Of a stretch of DNA of 64,000 bases, positions 55,501 to 60,998 are shown piece by piece. Position 1 is the stretch's first letter; the number at the start of each line of letters is the position of its first letter. The notes below the pieces were generated by a model, which did not search any database, was not told the DNA's origin, and saw only the letters and a list, made by a program, of their open reading frames with translations. The position numbers and the translations under genes are program-made. Source of the stretch: Candidatus Bilamarchaeum sp. (GTDB taxonomy: Archaea; Micrarchaeota; Micrarchaeia; Anstonellales; Bilamarchaeaceae); the NCBI GenBank assembly GCA_035455205.1, contig DATIFM010000015.1, forward strand, positions 1,986 through 65,985, written 5' to 3'.

Positions 55501-57169
55501 GCGCGGAGAGCCGGGACCTCACCTCGTCGAGGCCGATCTTCCCTTTCGAAAGGCCGTCGCTAAGCTCCGAAAGCAGCTTCCGGTATTCCGGGTCTGCGGC
55601 CATCAGGTGTTCGCCTGCGATGAATTTCAGGAGGCTGGCAGCCTCGGACTTCGGGTCCTTCATCGCCGAATCCACTGCGTTCGCGATGAGTCCGGCGGAT
55701 TCCTCGCGCGCCTGCTTCTCCTTGTCTGTCTTTGCCGGCAGTTTCAGCAATGCGGCGAGCGAGCCTTTCAGGTACTGGAGGGTTTCCCCTGCGCCCCTGA
55801 GGTATTCCGCGGTAATGCCTTCCCCGCTCTTCAGCCTGTCCTGTATGGACTTGAGAAGCTTTCCAGCGGCCTCTCGGAGCGGCTTGCTTCCTGTCTCTTC
55901 GATTCCCTTCAGCATGCCCTGGAGCGACGACTCCAGGCCCTGCAGGGCCTTCATCTTGTCGGATTTGGCTTTTGCAATCGCGTCGAGCGCCTTCCCGAGG
56001 TCTTTCTGGAACGAATTGATTGCTTCGGTGAGCTTTTTCCTGTCCAGGAGGCCGGCCGAGACCATCTTGGAGGTGGAAACCAGCTTGTTCAGGAGCGTCT
56101 TGTCCTTCAATAAGAGCTCCTTGTTCCGGAGGAATGTGACGCCGAGCTGGAGGAGCTGCTGGCCCCTTTCGCGGAGAGCGGCGGTCTTGGATTCGAGCAG
56201 TTTTCCCGCCCCCTTCAACGCGGCGACGAGCTCGGGGGGCGCCCCGGCCTCGGTGAGCGCAAGCTCGAGCGCGGATGCCACGAGCTTCTCCGCCTTCTTC
56301 TCCAGCTCGGCCATCTCCTTTTCCTTCTCGTCCTTGTCCTTCTTTGAATCCGTTATTTTCGCGAGCGCGCCCGCGAGGTCCCCGAGGAGCTTGTCCATCT
56401 GGTCCTTCATCTTCGTGCCCACGATTTCCGAGGTCATGACGCTCTGGAGCATCGCGGAGACGCTCTGGAGGGCCGCGACGTCGCTCACCCTCGCGCTCGC
56501 AATAGTGAAATTCTGCTGGAGGGACTGGAATGCCGAGGTCGCCTCGGACGCGCTCATCTGCACGGATGGGTCGGTGAGCCGCCCTACGGTCGCGAGCAGG
56601 CTTCTCCTTGCCTGCTCGTTGCCGGGGGCGTTGTAAACCTGGGGATTGTCCAATAAGTTCTTCGCGCCGAACACCGCTGAGGCCACCCTTTCCGTCCCCC
56701 CTTCGGTGCCTATCATGCCGAACCCGCGCTGGAGGTTGTCGCTCAGCGCCTTTGCCTCGGCCGAGCCGTCCTGCTGGGCCTTGTATTGCGCCATCACGCC
56801 GAAAACAAGCACGATTGCTCCGCCCTGCGCCTGCTGGAGCAGGCTCGCGTCGCCGGTCTGGAGCGCCCTTGTTGCCATGTCCGCTATCCGGTCGACCTGC
56901 TGGCTGTAATCGTATTCGCCCATCCGCGCGCCCTTGGCCTTGCTCGCCCAGTCCAGTATCGAGCGTGCCTGCCCGACCTGCGTCTCGTTAAGGCCGGAGT
57001 CGAGGCGGTCGGACTGGCGCAATGCCTGCCCTACCCGGGAATCCGTATCCCTCTCGACCTGCCGCAGGTCCTGCTGCTGGACAGGCGGGGGCCCGTGCCT
57101 CGGCGGGACGTGCATCTGGGGCGGGTTCGCCTCGACCTGGTCCGGGGCCTGCTTCTGCTTATCGGCCAT
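46559..57169 (-). CDS. Giant protein (3,536 aa): helical N-terminal ~2,200 aa, 3-4 Gly/Ala-rich TM segments, Pro-rich linkers, C-terminal PI3K/PI4K-like kinase-fold candidate
   Basis: An uninterrupted ORF with G/C-rich third positions throughout. GGGAGGG lies 6 nt before the ATG. The TM cluster is encoded at about 50030-50510, and the kinase-like motifs (GGNAGAY, IFLKNEDL, ADRAVRN, QPFDTD) at about 47090-47700. Confidence 0.9.
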   Translation of the reverse strand: MADKQKQAPDQVEANPPQMHVPPRHGPPPVQQQDLRQVERDTDSRVGQALRQSDRLDSGLNETQVGQARSILDWASKAKGARMGEYDYSQQVDRIADMATRALQTGDASLLQQAQGGAIVLVFGVMAQYKAQQDGSAEAKALSDNLQRGFGMIGTEGGTERVASAVFGAKNLLDNPQVYNAPGNEQARRSLLATVGRLTDPSVQMSASEATSAFQSLQQNFTIASARVSDVAALQSVSAMLQSVMTSEIVGTKMKDQMDKLLGDLAGALAKITDSKKDKDEKEKEMAELEKKAEKLVASALELALTEAGAPPELVAALKGAGKLLESKTAALRERGQQLLQLGVTFLRNKELLLKDKTLLNKLVSTSKMVSAGLLDRKKLTEAINSFQKDLGKALDAIAKAKSDKMKALQGLESSLQGMLKGIEETGSKPLREAAGKLLKSIQDRLKSGEGITAEYLRGAGETLQYLKGSLAALLKLPAKTDKEKQAREESAGLIANAVDSAMKDPKSEAASLLKFIAGEHLMAADPEYRKLLSELSDGLSKGKIGLDEVRSRLSARFLKDAEAAEGILRKVSPELADTFASLFKPLRDGNADLGLLGKASQALGIFGFIRSKVLPKENETLRSGVLSVTGKALTALKADNLNGALKALGFANELVSAPEEQALEALKQYSEALVKMKEQAREDLTYEQSALLESLPSLPKELQGRAEKLLGDIGAALKDFDKAGDVGALIARSREMRRMSEEFQKTDNFELKKNLTELYGIALDKLEGGETEQYRTLMFAASELRANAAFDFEAGSYRRDIMQQVSAMKDPAKAKEACAKLIGVIKQSLEKKLAKAKAPDESTQEILSQIKPGDDLESLSRARAALDVVKSMNDFLGGSAGARLPEERRKGAVAIYNRALSATLAGLDPSISGTQKFLAEKYLLAPDESQRADLESLSARVAKDPDSAMPDVQTFIQINDQSVIAAKMASELPKGSAMAGPLNDISKELDRVRGMIARGEDLSDEKKAEQYLGQVRDMLKDPEFKKQIDLLAAEAKAENPGISDADAMELAIARAAKSAAIVAERERIKGLMALRDLMLKAGKNPKPELAGLFEKGAKAFIAGDSDKGMLFLQAAQAGLANPGELSRIAETAKACDEGKIPPGAGMFILGDISARAEVEKKIGDRGQLANARAYFDLAEVAAANGDMTGAQELRQLALAYSSLASSRESALDKDSKKQRADAMASIEKYLGDYKKDAKRIAEKKPEDVSAPAAVAVLSKKPLKDSMGDSFAKLQEDAASFTKIAFIASHATDFDNLLGKGIDAQWEGESKRFKALADQNRKAGRNAFADYYDSKAAEVDRGFATDAIAKGREMLAKAASELEKAEKLSDQADSLAAQAKAAADAGKADEAGKLSEQAGALYAQAAQARQNSDKLSLAAGSLASDLGTMDESVRKVNTIHRERGRFQLNIAIKTDLAIGLGYDADRLGNRKEGALTPERESALFEQAAGAGKAGKQAVKLQQDIMRTRDAGIAAAKETLQKGNLNKSLELIGKIADLDPQTAQNVKDEAKKIAESEDPEKFDKLQKYYFSLASGTTDVNHPDGIKMVYYEDGEAKTPYDPLANEKKFQQVVGLYWGENFAAAGALSRQAKFDMESGGLIASLNIDEFRLSRQLRLAAPKSDERGLGGFPVNKGGWPYPSELLLRQLIAHLPEAKRQDFYDKLDKMDKGKGGDFGREMMLDALQSNFYTPPGGKSMADKIVDGDLIYFDRDALVQKVVDARGLAAKGDIASAEFALQDAQDVSYTKVGMQEADNERVAFDYAEYEYTRRAYKTKEWYPEEPGLLDDSASGADKKRNLDERIAAGKAKRQLEPAVDELKGGLLGRAKQNGAASRLALKSRDSIERTAGKLTLNEDGMISLLSKIPDTNSPEVKEIKKMLEDAKGAVNDPSYEQKVRALWSHVLTNRPELLFAAVQRAGGTEEFSDDQVVQLLALSSGLVARKNNMEWDTSIEPYVSKRLQTAKVLQNRAAITQDENDKLKLYRLSGESIAMAKSLTRDGYGWMNDSDRVRTMLKNDYEINLEAYNIIFAKSDLDNELQKKWNAEDYAQMKTEMQLWLSGFRKKDDGTLEKFQMTPGEFRRISEAYAQFTNLENDIVMKAGVGVWESDEQHYLARVGTRSRDFHRSAEIIVKNPGGRYLSEVIAESEQVYKQGMPFQEINGKLWDPDYETGKWTRSKQDWQDAANLGKSVLKMAGYGVLFALSPVTGGATGYLAGAIAATEGFIGAAEYYEACGGDFSGMSAGEQAFMIFQVGMAIGAAAAPVVGELAQAQNAARMAQLGLEAESALAPTALELTSTWLGRVMIAGGAVQGGVSIYQLSQAASSGQVSGWYAVAEGILTGIQSGVQPGLHALRGAQVSRTGLPVYRSRALQIGEMLIFGTPPESRAQYRAAWQEGIYKKAVTEGLAQLPKPEQKAFNSYASKRGIGYERQVELLNNYETARKVEPSLDFESFSSLNTRYDNFRIGGGRASFENYAKRDIALETEALNERAKFAKEARFESIGGASPESLMSRAIEMDARADALPASMKGDAVELYRRASAFRTEAGRRKGEILDSASKTLDSYFQKPEITKQYRPGEPTDQIERLAKIARDKQKAGTPLQPHEQAALDFVKYKGKEAPAQKVEPPVNAAPVQPQEAKSPTDIAASIIKGETPQIPEPMKKDVGFELAKQMNLSDAKSLALFARDLYLHESGLKKDDSVAARFDALPKDVQAALRHITGEPGQMPTKDSQKMFRMKAQGKGFEEWVSDTKGGKALVETARGMVIRAMPESTEPRAKAASASPDVEAPRPVLDELHQPKKSQGEEGPVKPVAMADKPPEGTPKQPPANEPQKPAMVQKEGPAAPHEQPRKGEVKQPSPDEDITRREAPGVPPAQEGPSAKELVAISEKVRGLRGQEFTGEMDKLEPAVRRMVEEMLKYEAGSPEVQKLAKEWESAAPAREQAELDRLARRDADGKSLDSAFVALAKGQRNPTLEQIIKTAADARGVPPEQIRNQLMEAYLRGGIEETRAVMGSLGMSNDIPLLTLDGRARAILDAEPPHATIASMAQARGVKPGEFRDALKAAYQRDGVFGVMDEMLGAPPGMATDARLRLSKERRAFFQEHQQLAEFVLSGNLEGNLRSLAGYENAYVADIAHLGGNAGAYMMKLSDGRTIFLKNEDLGPTAFGSRLCGAQGLLDYSAGLHTFKYQTGLSDANGRPVEGTFSLSEDVHGYVGKSLKLRLPDGQSGEYPVKSVAMLDSEILRDPARVSGILANPNDPRYPAVKQFFDMAATPEGRAQLFQAWSAYHEMSRRALVADRAVRNTAVFLVETPDGTKITFQPFDTDWVAGMVQPKPGLPAPPGAEMGFFNRDFAMKSTEFVTMVHTALESRGMAVDKTQLAGEFIRSYRGATLPDPPQVQGAMSKELQNHDGQLFGLLKRDAPVGGIIVEAGRARVYQNTEGRTIADANELEALAKLVMEPGEKRKALQEILDIFRTGFGTTETDVPGMWPEKPQIFIPKPPAQ

Positions 57170-57461
57170 CGTAACCCTCCCGGTACTCGCGGCAGAGCTT
57201 CACGAACATTTCGAGGCGCGTTTTCCGCATCTCGAACGGGTCGCCGTTGTCCCTCGAGCGGAGCATCAGCGTGAGCCACGCGGCGAGCGCGTCCCTGAAT
57301 TTCAAATAGCGGGCGAACTTCTCCTTCAGCTCCTCGGGCTTGTCCTTCGACAGTTCCCATGAAGCGAGGGCGCTTTCCAGAGCCGAGAGTGTGCTGCTCG
57401 CTATGCGGATTGTCTCCCGCTCCTGCTCGGTTATGCTGGTTTCGCCTATCTTTTCAGCCAC
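57159..57461 (-). CDS. Small helical protein overlapping the giant gene's start (homolog of 7386..7667)
   Basis: 100 aa with a GTG start about 25 nt downstream of a TTAATAAAA box (leaderless-type). It overlaps the giant ORF by 11 nt and aligns with the 93-aa ORF at 7386..7667. Confidence 0.65.
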   Translation of the reverse strand: MAEKIGETSITEQERETIRIASSTLSALESALASWELSKDKPEELKEKFARYLKFRDALAAWLTLMLRSRDNGDPFEMRKTRLEMFVKLCREYREGYDGR

Positions 57462-57540
57462 GGAAAGGATTCTTCAGCAGGTTTTATTAATCGTCAAGGA
57501 GCCACGCTGGAATTATTAAGCTGAATAAAGGATTCCGGTC

Positions 57541-58722
57541 ATGCCAGAATTCGCTTTAAGCTATTCGCTCGGGGCCGCTTCCGGGGAAGGAAAGTGCGCC
57601 ATCGAGGATGAGTGCATTTCCATCATGCCTTCGATGGGCGAGCCGCTCCGGATTCCGTTCAGGGACATGCTGGGGGTTTCGCCTGCCGACTACAAGATAG
57701 CCATAACGCTTCCAAAAAACACGCTCATCCTATCCGGCCTCGGATTGAAATACGAGGATTTCGTCAGGGAGCTCTTCCATGCGCGAAACGAATTGACGCT
57801 GAAGGACATGCTGATGGAGGATGCCAAAGTGATTGGCAGGGCAAGATGCCCGTTTTCCTATGTTTCAGAAGGGAAGGAATCGAAAGGCGAGTGCGAAGCG
57901 AGGGTTTACGAGACGTCGCTCGTGATTCTTCCGGACAGCGGCGAGCTCGCGAGAATTCCGTTCTGCGAGGTCTCGCTCTTCAACCAGGAGGGGTATTCGC
58001 TCGTCATCTCCACCGAATACGGGGAGAAGCTAACGCTTTCTGCCCTTGGAAGGCAGATGGACCCGCTCAGGAAAGCTGTTTCCGATGCGATGAATTCGCT
58101 CTCGCTAAAGACGCAGAAAATCCTGAAGGACGCCGCGCCAGAAGCCGGCCCGGACGAGATTGCCGCAGCCGCGCGCATGATGCGGGACGGGCGGGCTGCG
58201 CGGAGGAAATCGCTCGATGGAATTTCGCCGGCGATATGGGCCGGGCTACGGAAAAAAATCGAGGTTGCGGGCCTGAAGGACGAATACGCGTTTTTGGAAT
58301 CCATATCCGAGCCCGCGGAGATGTGCATCGGGGTGAAGCGGAGCCTCATGGGCGACATGGAAGGCGAATATATCTGGTTCCTTGCGCCCCTGAAGGGAAA
58401 AAACGTCATCGCGATGGAAGCCACATCCGAGGAAAGCGGGCGCGCGACATACCTTTTCAGGGTGATGCCCGAGAAGGAGTTCCGGGGCGAATTGTCTGAG
58501 GAAAACATCCTTGCCGGCATGAGGAGAATAAACAGGTGCATGATTGCGATTAACTTCAGGCGCGAGCCGGTTTACCTCGACGAAAAATCCCTCGGCGACC
58601 CGAAATACGCCTCTTACCGGTTTTCCATAGCGAGGCTCCCGCAACTGCGCGAGCTGCGCTCGCTTTTCATCGGGCGCGCGATACACAACGAGGGCTGGAA
58701 GCGGAACGTCGCGGGGCAATAG
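57541..58722 (+). CDS. Hypothetical protein with an internal N-terminal duplication (PH/GRAM-like?)
   Basis: 393 aa. CISIMPSMGEPLRIPFRDMLGVSPADYKIAITLPKNTLILSGLG repeats as SLVILPDSGELARIPFCEVSLFNQEGYSLVISTEYGEKLTLSALG. Confidence 0.65.
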   Translation: MPEFALSYSLGAASGEGKCAIEDECISIMPSMGEPLRIPFRDMLGVSPADYKIAITLPKNTLILSGLGLKYEDFVRELFHARNELTLKDMLMEDAKVIGRARCPFSYVSEGKESKGECEARVYETSLVILPDSGELARIPFCEVSLFNQEGYSLVISTEYGEKLTLSALGRQMDPLRKAVSDAMNSLSLKTQKILKDAAPEAGPDEIAAAARMMRDGRAARRKSLDGISPAIWAGLRKKIEVAGLKDEYAFLESISEPAEMCIGVKRSLMGDMEGEYIWFLAPLKGKNVIAMEATSEESGRATYLFRVMPEKEFRGELSEENILAGMRRINRCMIAINFRREPVYLDEKSLGDPKYASYRFSIARLPQLRELRSLFIGRAIHNEGWKRNVAGQ

Positions 58723-58751
58723 CTTATATTTATTTTCGGAGGATTTTGGCT

Positions 58752-59069
58752 ATGCCTGGATACAAGCACCCGTGCAGGTACTGCAGCGGGCTGATAGACA
58801 GCGATTCGAATTACTGCCCTCTCTGCGGCAGGAGCGGCCCCTTCGGCGGGCGCTGCCCGGCCTGCAAGAACAAGGTCGAGGACGGCTGGAAACGGTGCGG
58901 AAGCTGCGGCCTTCCGCTCGAGGCTAATTGCCCCAAGTGCGGAAAGAGCACGTTCATCGTCGGGGAGTGCAGGAACTGCAAGGCCCCATTGACAATCGAA
59001 TGCAAGAAATGCAAGAACATAGAGCCCTTGGGCACAAAGGAATGCTCAAAGTGCGGGAAACAGATGTAA
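58752..59069 (+). CDS. Multi-zinc-ribbon protein (four to five CxxC pairs; double-zinc-ribbon type)
   Basis: CRYC..CPLCG..CPACK..CGSCG..CPKCG..CRNC..CKKC..CSKCG. ATG 58752 lies 9 nt after GGAGG; the track's 58746 start is a TTG. Confidence 0.75.
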   Translation: MPGYKHPCRYCSGLIDSDSNYCPLCGRSGPFGGRCPACKNKVEDGWKRCGSCGLPLEANCPKCGKSTFIVGECRNCKAPLTIECKKCKNIEPLGTKECSKCGKQM

Positions 59070-59078
59070 GGTGAAAAT

Positions 59079-59744
59079 ATGGCATTGCAGCCTTTTACGA
59101 GCAATTTCGAGGACAACAGCACTGACGCGGGATTCCAGTTCACTTTCTACTGCGACATATGCAGGGAAGGGTACAAGACCGGCTTCAAGGAATCCGGCAC
59201 ATACAAGAAAGCCGGGCTTCTCCGCGGCCTCGGGCAGGCGATTTCGCTCGGCGCGAGCCTGACCGGCCACAGCAACGTCGGCTACAGCGCCGAGAGGGGC
59301 TCGAGCATCCTAGGCGAGAGGTTCCAGGGCATGTCCCCCGAGTGGCACAAGGAGCACGAGAAGGCCTTCGAGCAGGCGCAGAACGAAGCGAAGGGCCACT
59401 TCCAGAGGTGCCCCAAGTGCAAGAAATACGTCTGCGAGAACGACTGGAACGAGGAGGAGGGGCTCTGCGTCGAGGACGCGCCCCGCGTGGCCGTCGAAGT
59501 CGCCGCGGCAAAAGGCAAGAAGATGGTGCAGGACGTGCAGGAAAAGGCCTCGAAGACGCAGGTCTTTTCCGGCGAGATAACGTCCAAGCAGACCCTATGC
59601 CCGCAGTGCGGCAAGCCGGCAGGCGAAGGCAAATTCTGCAACAACTGCGGCGCTAATCTGGCCATGCAGAAATGCCCCAAGTGCGGCGCGGCAGTCGCCG
59701 CCGGCACGAAATTCTGCGGCGAGTGCGGGAACAGGATGGCCTGA
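59079..59744 (+). CDS. Zinc-ribbon domain protein (N-terminal F.F.CD.C..GY module, C-terminal double zinc ribbon)
   Basis: FQFTFYCDICREGY, CPKCKKYVC, CPQCGKPAGEGKFCNNCG and CPKCGAAVAAGTKFCGECG. Confidence 0.7.
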   Translation: MALQPFTSNFEDNSTDAGFQFTFYCDICREGYKTGFKESGTYKKAGLLRGLGQAISLGASLTGHSNVGYSAERGSSILGERFQGMSPEWHKEHEKAFEQAQNEAKGHFQRCPKCKKYVCENDWNEEEGLCVEDAPRVAVEVAAAKGKKMVQDVQEKASKTQVFSGEITSKQTLCPQCGKPAGEGKFCNNCGANLAMQKCPKCGAAVAAGTKFCGECGNRMA

Positions 59745-59802
59745 AATCCCGCTTTCTGCCATAATAGGCACATCTAAATACAAGGTCTGTCACAATATAG
59801 TA

Positions 59803-60318
59803 ATGAAAAAACTCTACCCTACTTTTGCCGAGGTAACCAACTACAGGGGAAAAATGGGCCGCGCGCAGAAACTGAGCGCACGGGAATTCGAGAAGCTCCA
59901 GTCCGACATACTTGAAAGGGACCGCCACAAATGCGCATACTGCGGCTTCCAGGGCGATGAGTGGCAGACGATAAACTACAGCGACGGGGACATAAGCAAC
60001 AACAGCAGGAGCAATTTGACGACGGTATGCCCCATGTGCAACCTCATCCTGAACACTCCGCTCGGCTGCAAGGTCGAGGGGATAGTCGAGCTCTATGAAT
60101 CCGCAAGGTATCCTCAGAACAAGGTCATCCAGATGACGCGCAAGATGCGCTCCGAAGGGAAGGCAGACGCAGAGATAATCCGCGTGCTCGGCCTGAAGAA
60201 CAAGGTCCCGTTCAAGCCTGACAAGGACTACCTAAAGGGGCTTATCGGGTTCGTCACATCATGGAAGGGCTCCTGGGGACAGGTCGAGGAGGCCCTCCAA
60301 TACGGATACGGGCACTAG
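59803..60318 (+). CDS. HNH-like nuclease-fold protein with a non-canonical motif
   Basis: RHKCAYCGF...INYSDGDISNNSRSNLTTVCPMCN follows the C.YCG...(D)H...GG...NL...C..CN layout, but Asn-Tyr occupies the usual His position. Confidence 0.5.
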   Translation: MKKLYPTFAEVTNYRGKMGRAQKLSAREFEKLQSDILERDRHKCAYCGFQGDEWQTINYSDGDISNNSRSNLTTVCPMCNLILNTPLGCKVEGIVELYESARYPQNKVIQMTRKMRSEGKADAEIIRVLGLKNKVPFKPDKDYLKGLIGFVTSWKGSWGQVEEALQYGYGH

Positions 60319-60998
60319 TTTTTTCGCCTGAAAATCAGGTAAATCGCCAAAAGGGCCAGCAGGACGACTCCGGCATAGAGAAGGAGGTTGTCCTCCTGCG
60401 CCGGAGCCTTCGGGGCCTGCGATAGGTATGGAGTCGGGATAGGCTTCTGCTCCGGGGGCACGGGGGCCGTGGAGTTGGGGCCCAGGCCGCACTTGTCCGG
60501 GCAGGTGAGCGGCGTTTCGCCGATGCGCTCGTCGCATCCGGGGGCGCTCGAGCATTCCACCGCGACTTCAAGGCTGTTCGAGAATGCCTTCCCGCCCGGG
60601 AAGAGAACCTCGGTGGGGCCGAACGAGAGAATCCCAACTGTTTTCGGCTTCACACGGTAAACGAGGCTTTGCGATTCCCCGGGCCCGAGTGAAAGCTCCC
60701 AGGAAAGGCGCGGAGGCTGGGCGGCAAGCGAATCCCCGATGACGTCCGTGTAGTTCGGCAGCGGGTCCACGGGCTCGACATTGCCCAGGTATTCGTTGAC
60801 CGTGACTCTGACCTCCGAGCTGCCATTGTTCCTCAGGGTAATCGTAACGGGAAATTCTTCCGTGAGATTTACCGAGAGGGGCGCGTATTTCATGACGTCC
60901 AGATTCCCGGCGAATTTCTGCTCCGGATAGCTCACGCTCGAGTCCTGCGCGTGCGCAAGGCAAAGGAGAATGAAAACTAAGGCGAGCTGCTTCAGCAT
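60315..60998 (-). CDS. Secreted protein with a beta-sandwich (CARDB/DUF11-like?) domain, Pro-rich stalk and C-terminal TM anchor
   Basis: The start is at MLKQLALVFILLCLAHA (signal). It contains VTITLRNNGSSEVRVTVNEYLG and the C-terminal LLLYAGVVLLALLAIYLIFRRKN. Confidence 0.7.
   Translation of the reverse strand: MLKQLALVFILLCLAHAQDSSVSYPEQKFAGNLDVMKYAPLSVNLTEEFPVTITLRNNGSSEVRVTVNEYLGNVEPVDPLPNYTDVIGDSLAAQPPRLSWELSLGPGESQSLVYRVKPKTVGILSFGPTEVLFPGGKAFSNSLEVAVECSSAPGCDERIGETPLTCPDKCGLGPNSTAPVPPEQKPIPTPYLSQAPKAPAQEDNLLLYAGVVLLALLAIYLIFRRKN

Noticed and set aside
53529-56636. Two long plus-strand ORFs (454 aa and 578 aa) inside the giant gene.
   Set aside because: They are extremely Ser/Ala/Phe/Arg-rich and of low complexity, and are the antisense frame of the Ala/Lys/Glu-rich giant ORF. 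Third-position bias supports the minus-strand frame.
46559-57461. The giant ORF as a phage tape-measure protein with an upstream chaperone, i.e. a prophage.
   Set aside because: The long helical protein with internal Gly-rich TM segments is superficially similar. However, no capsid, portal, terminase, tail or integrase genes are nearby, and the flanks are ordinary cellular genes. I kept it as an alternative to test, not a call.
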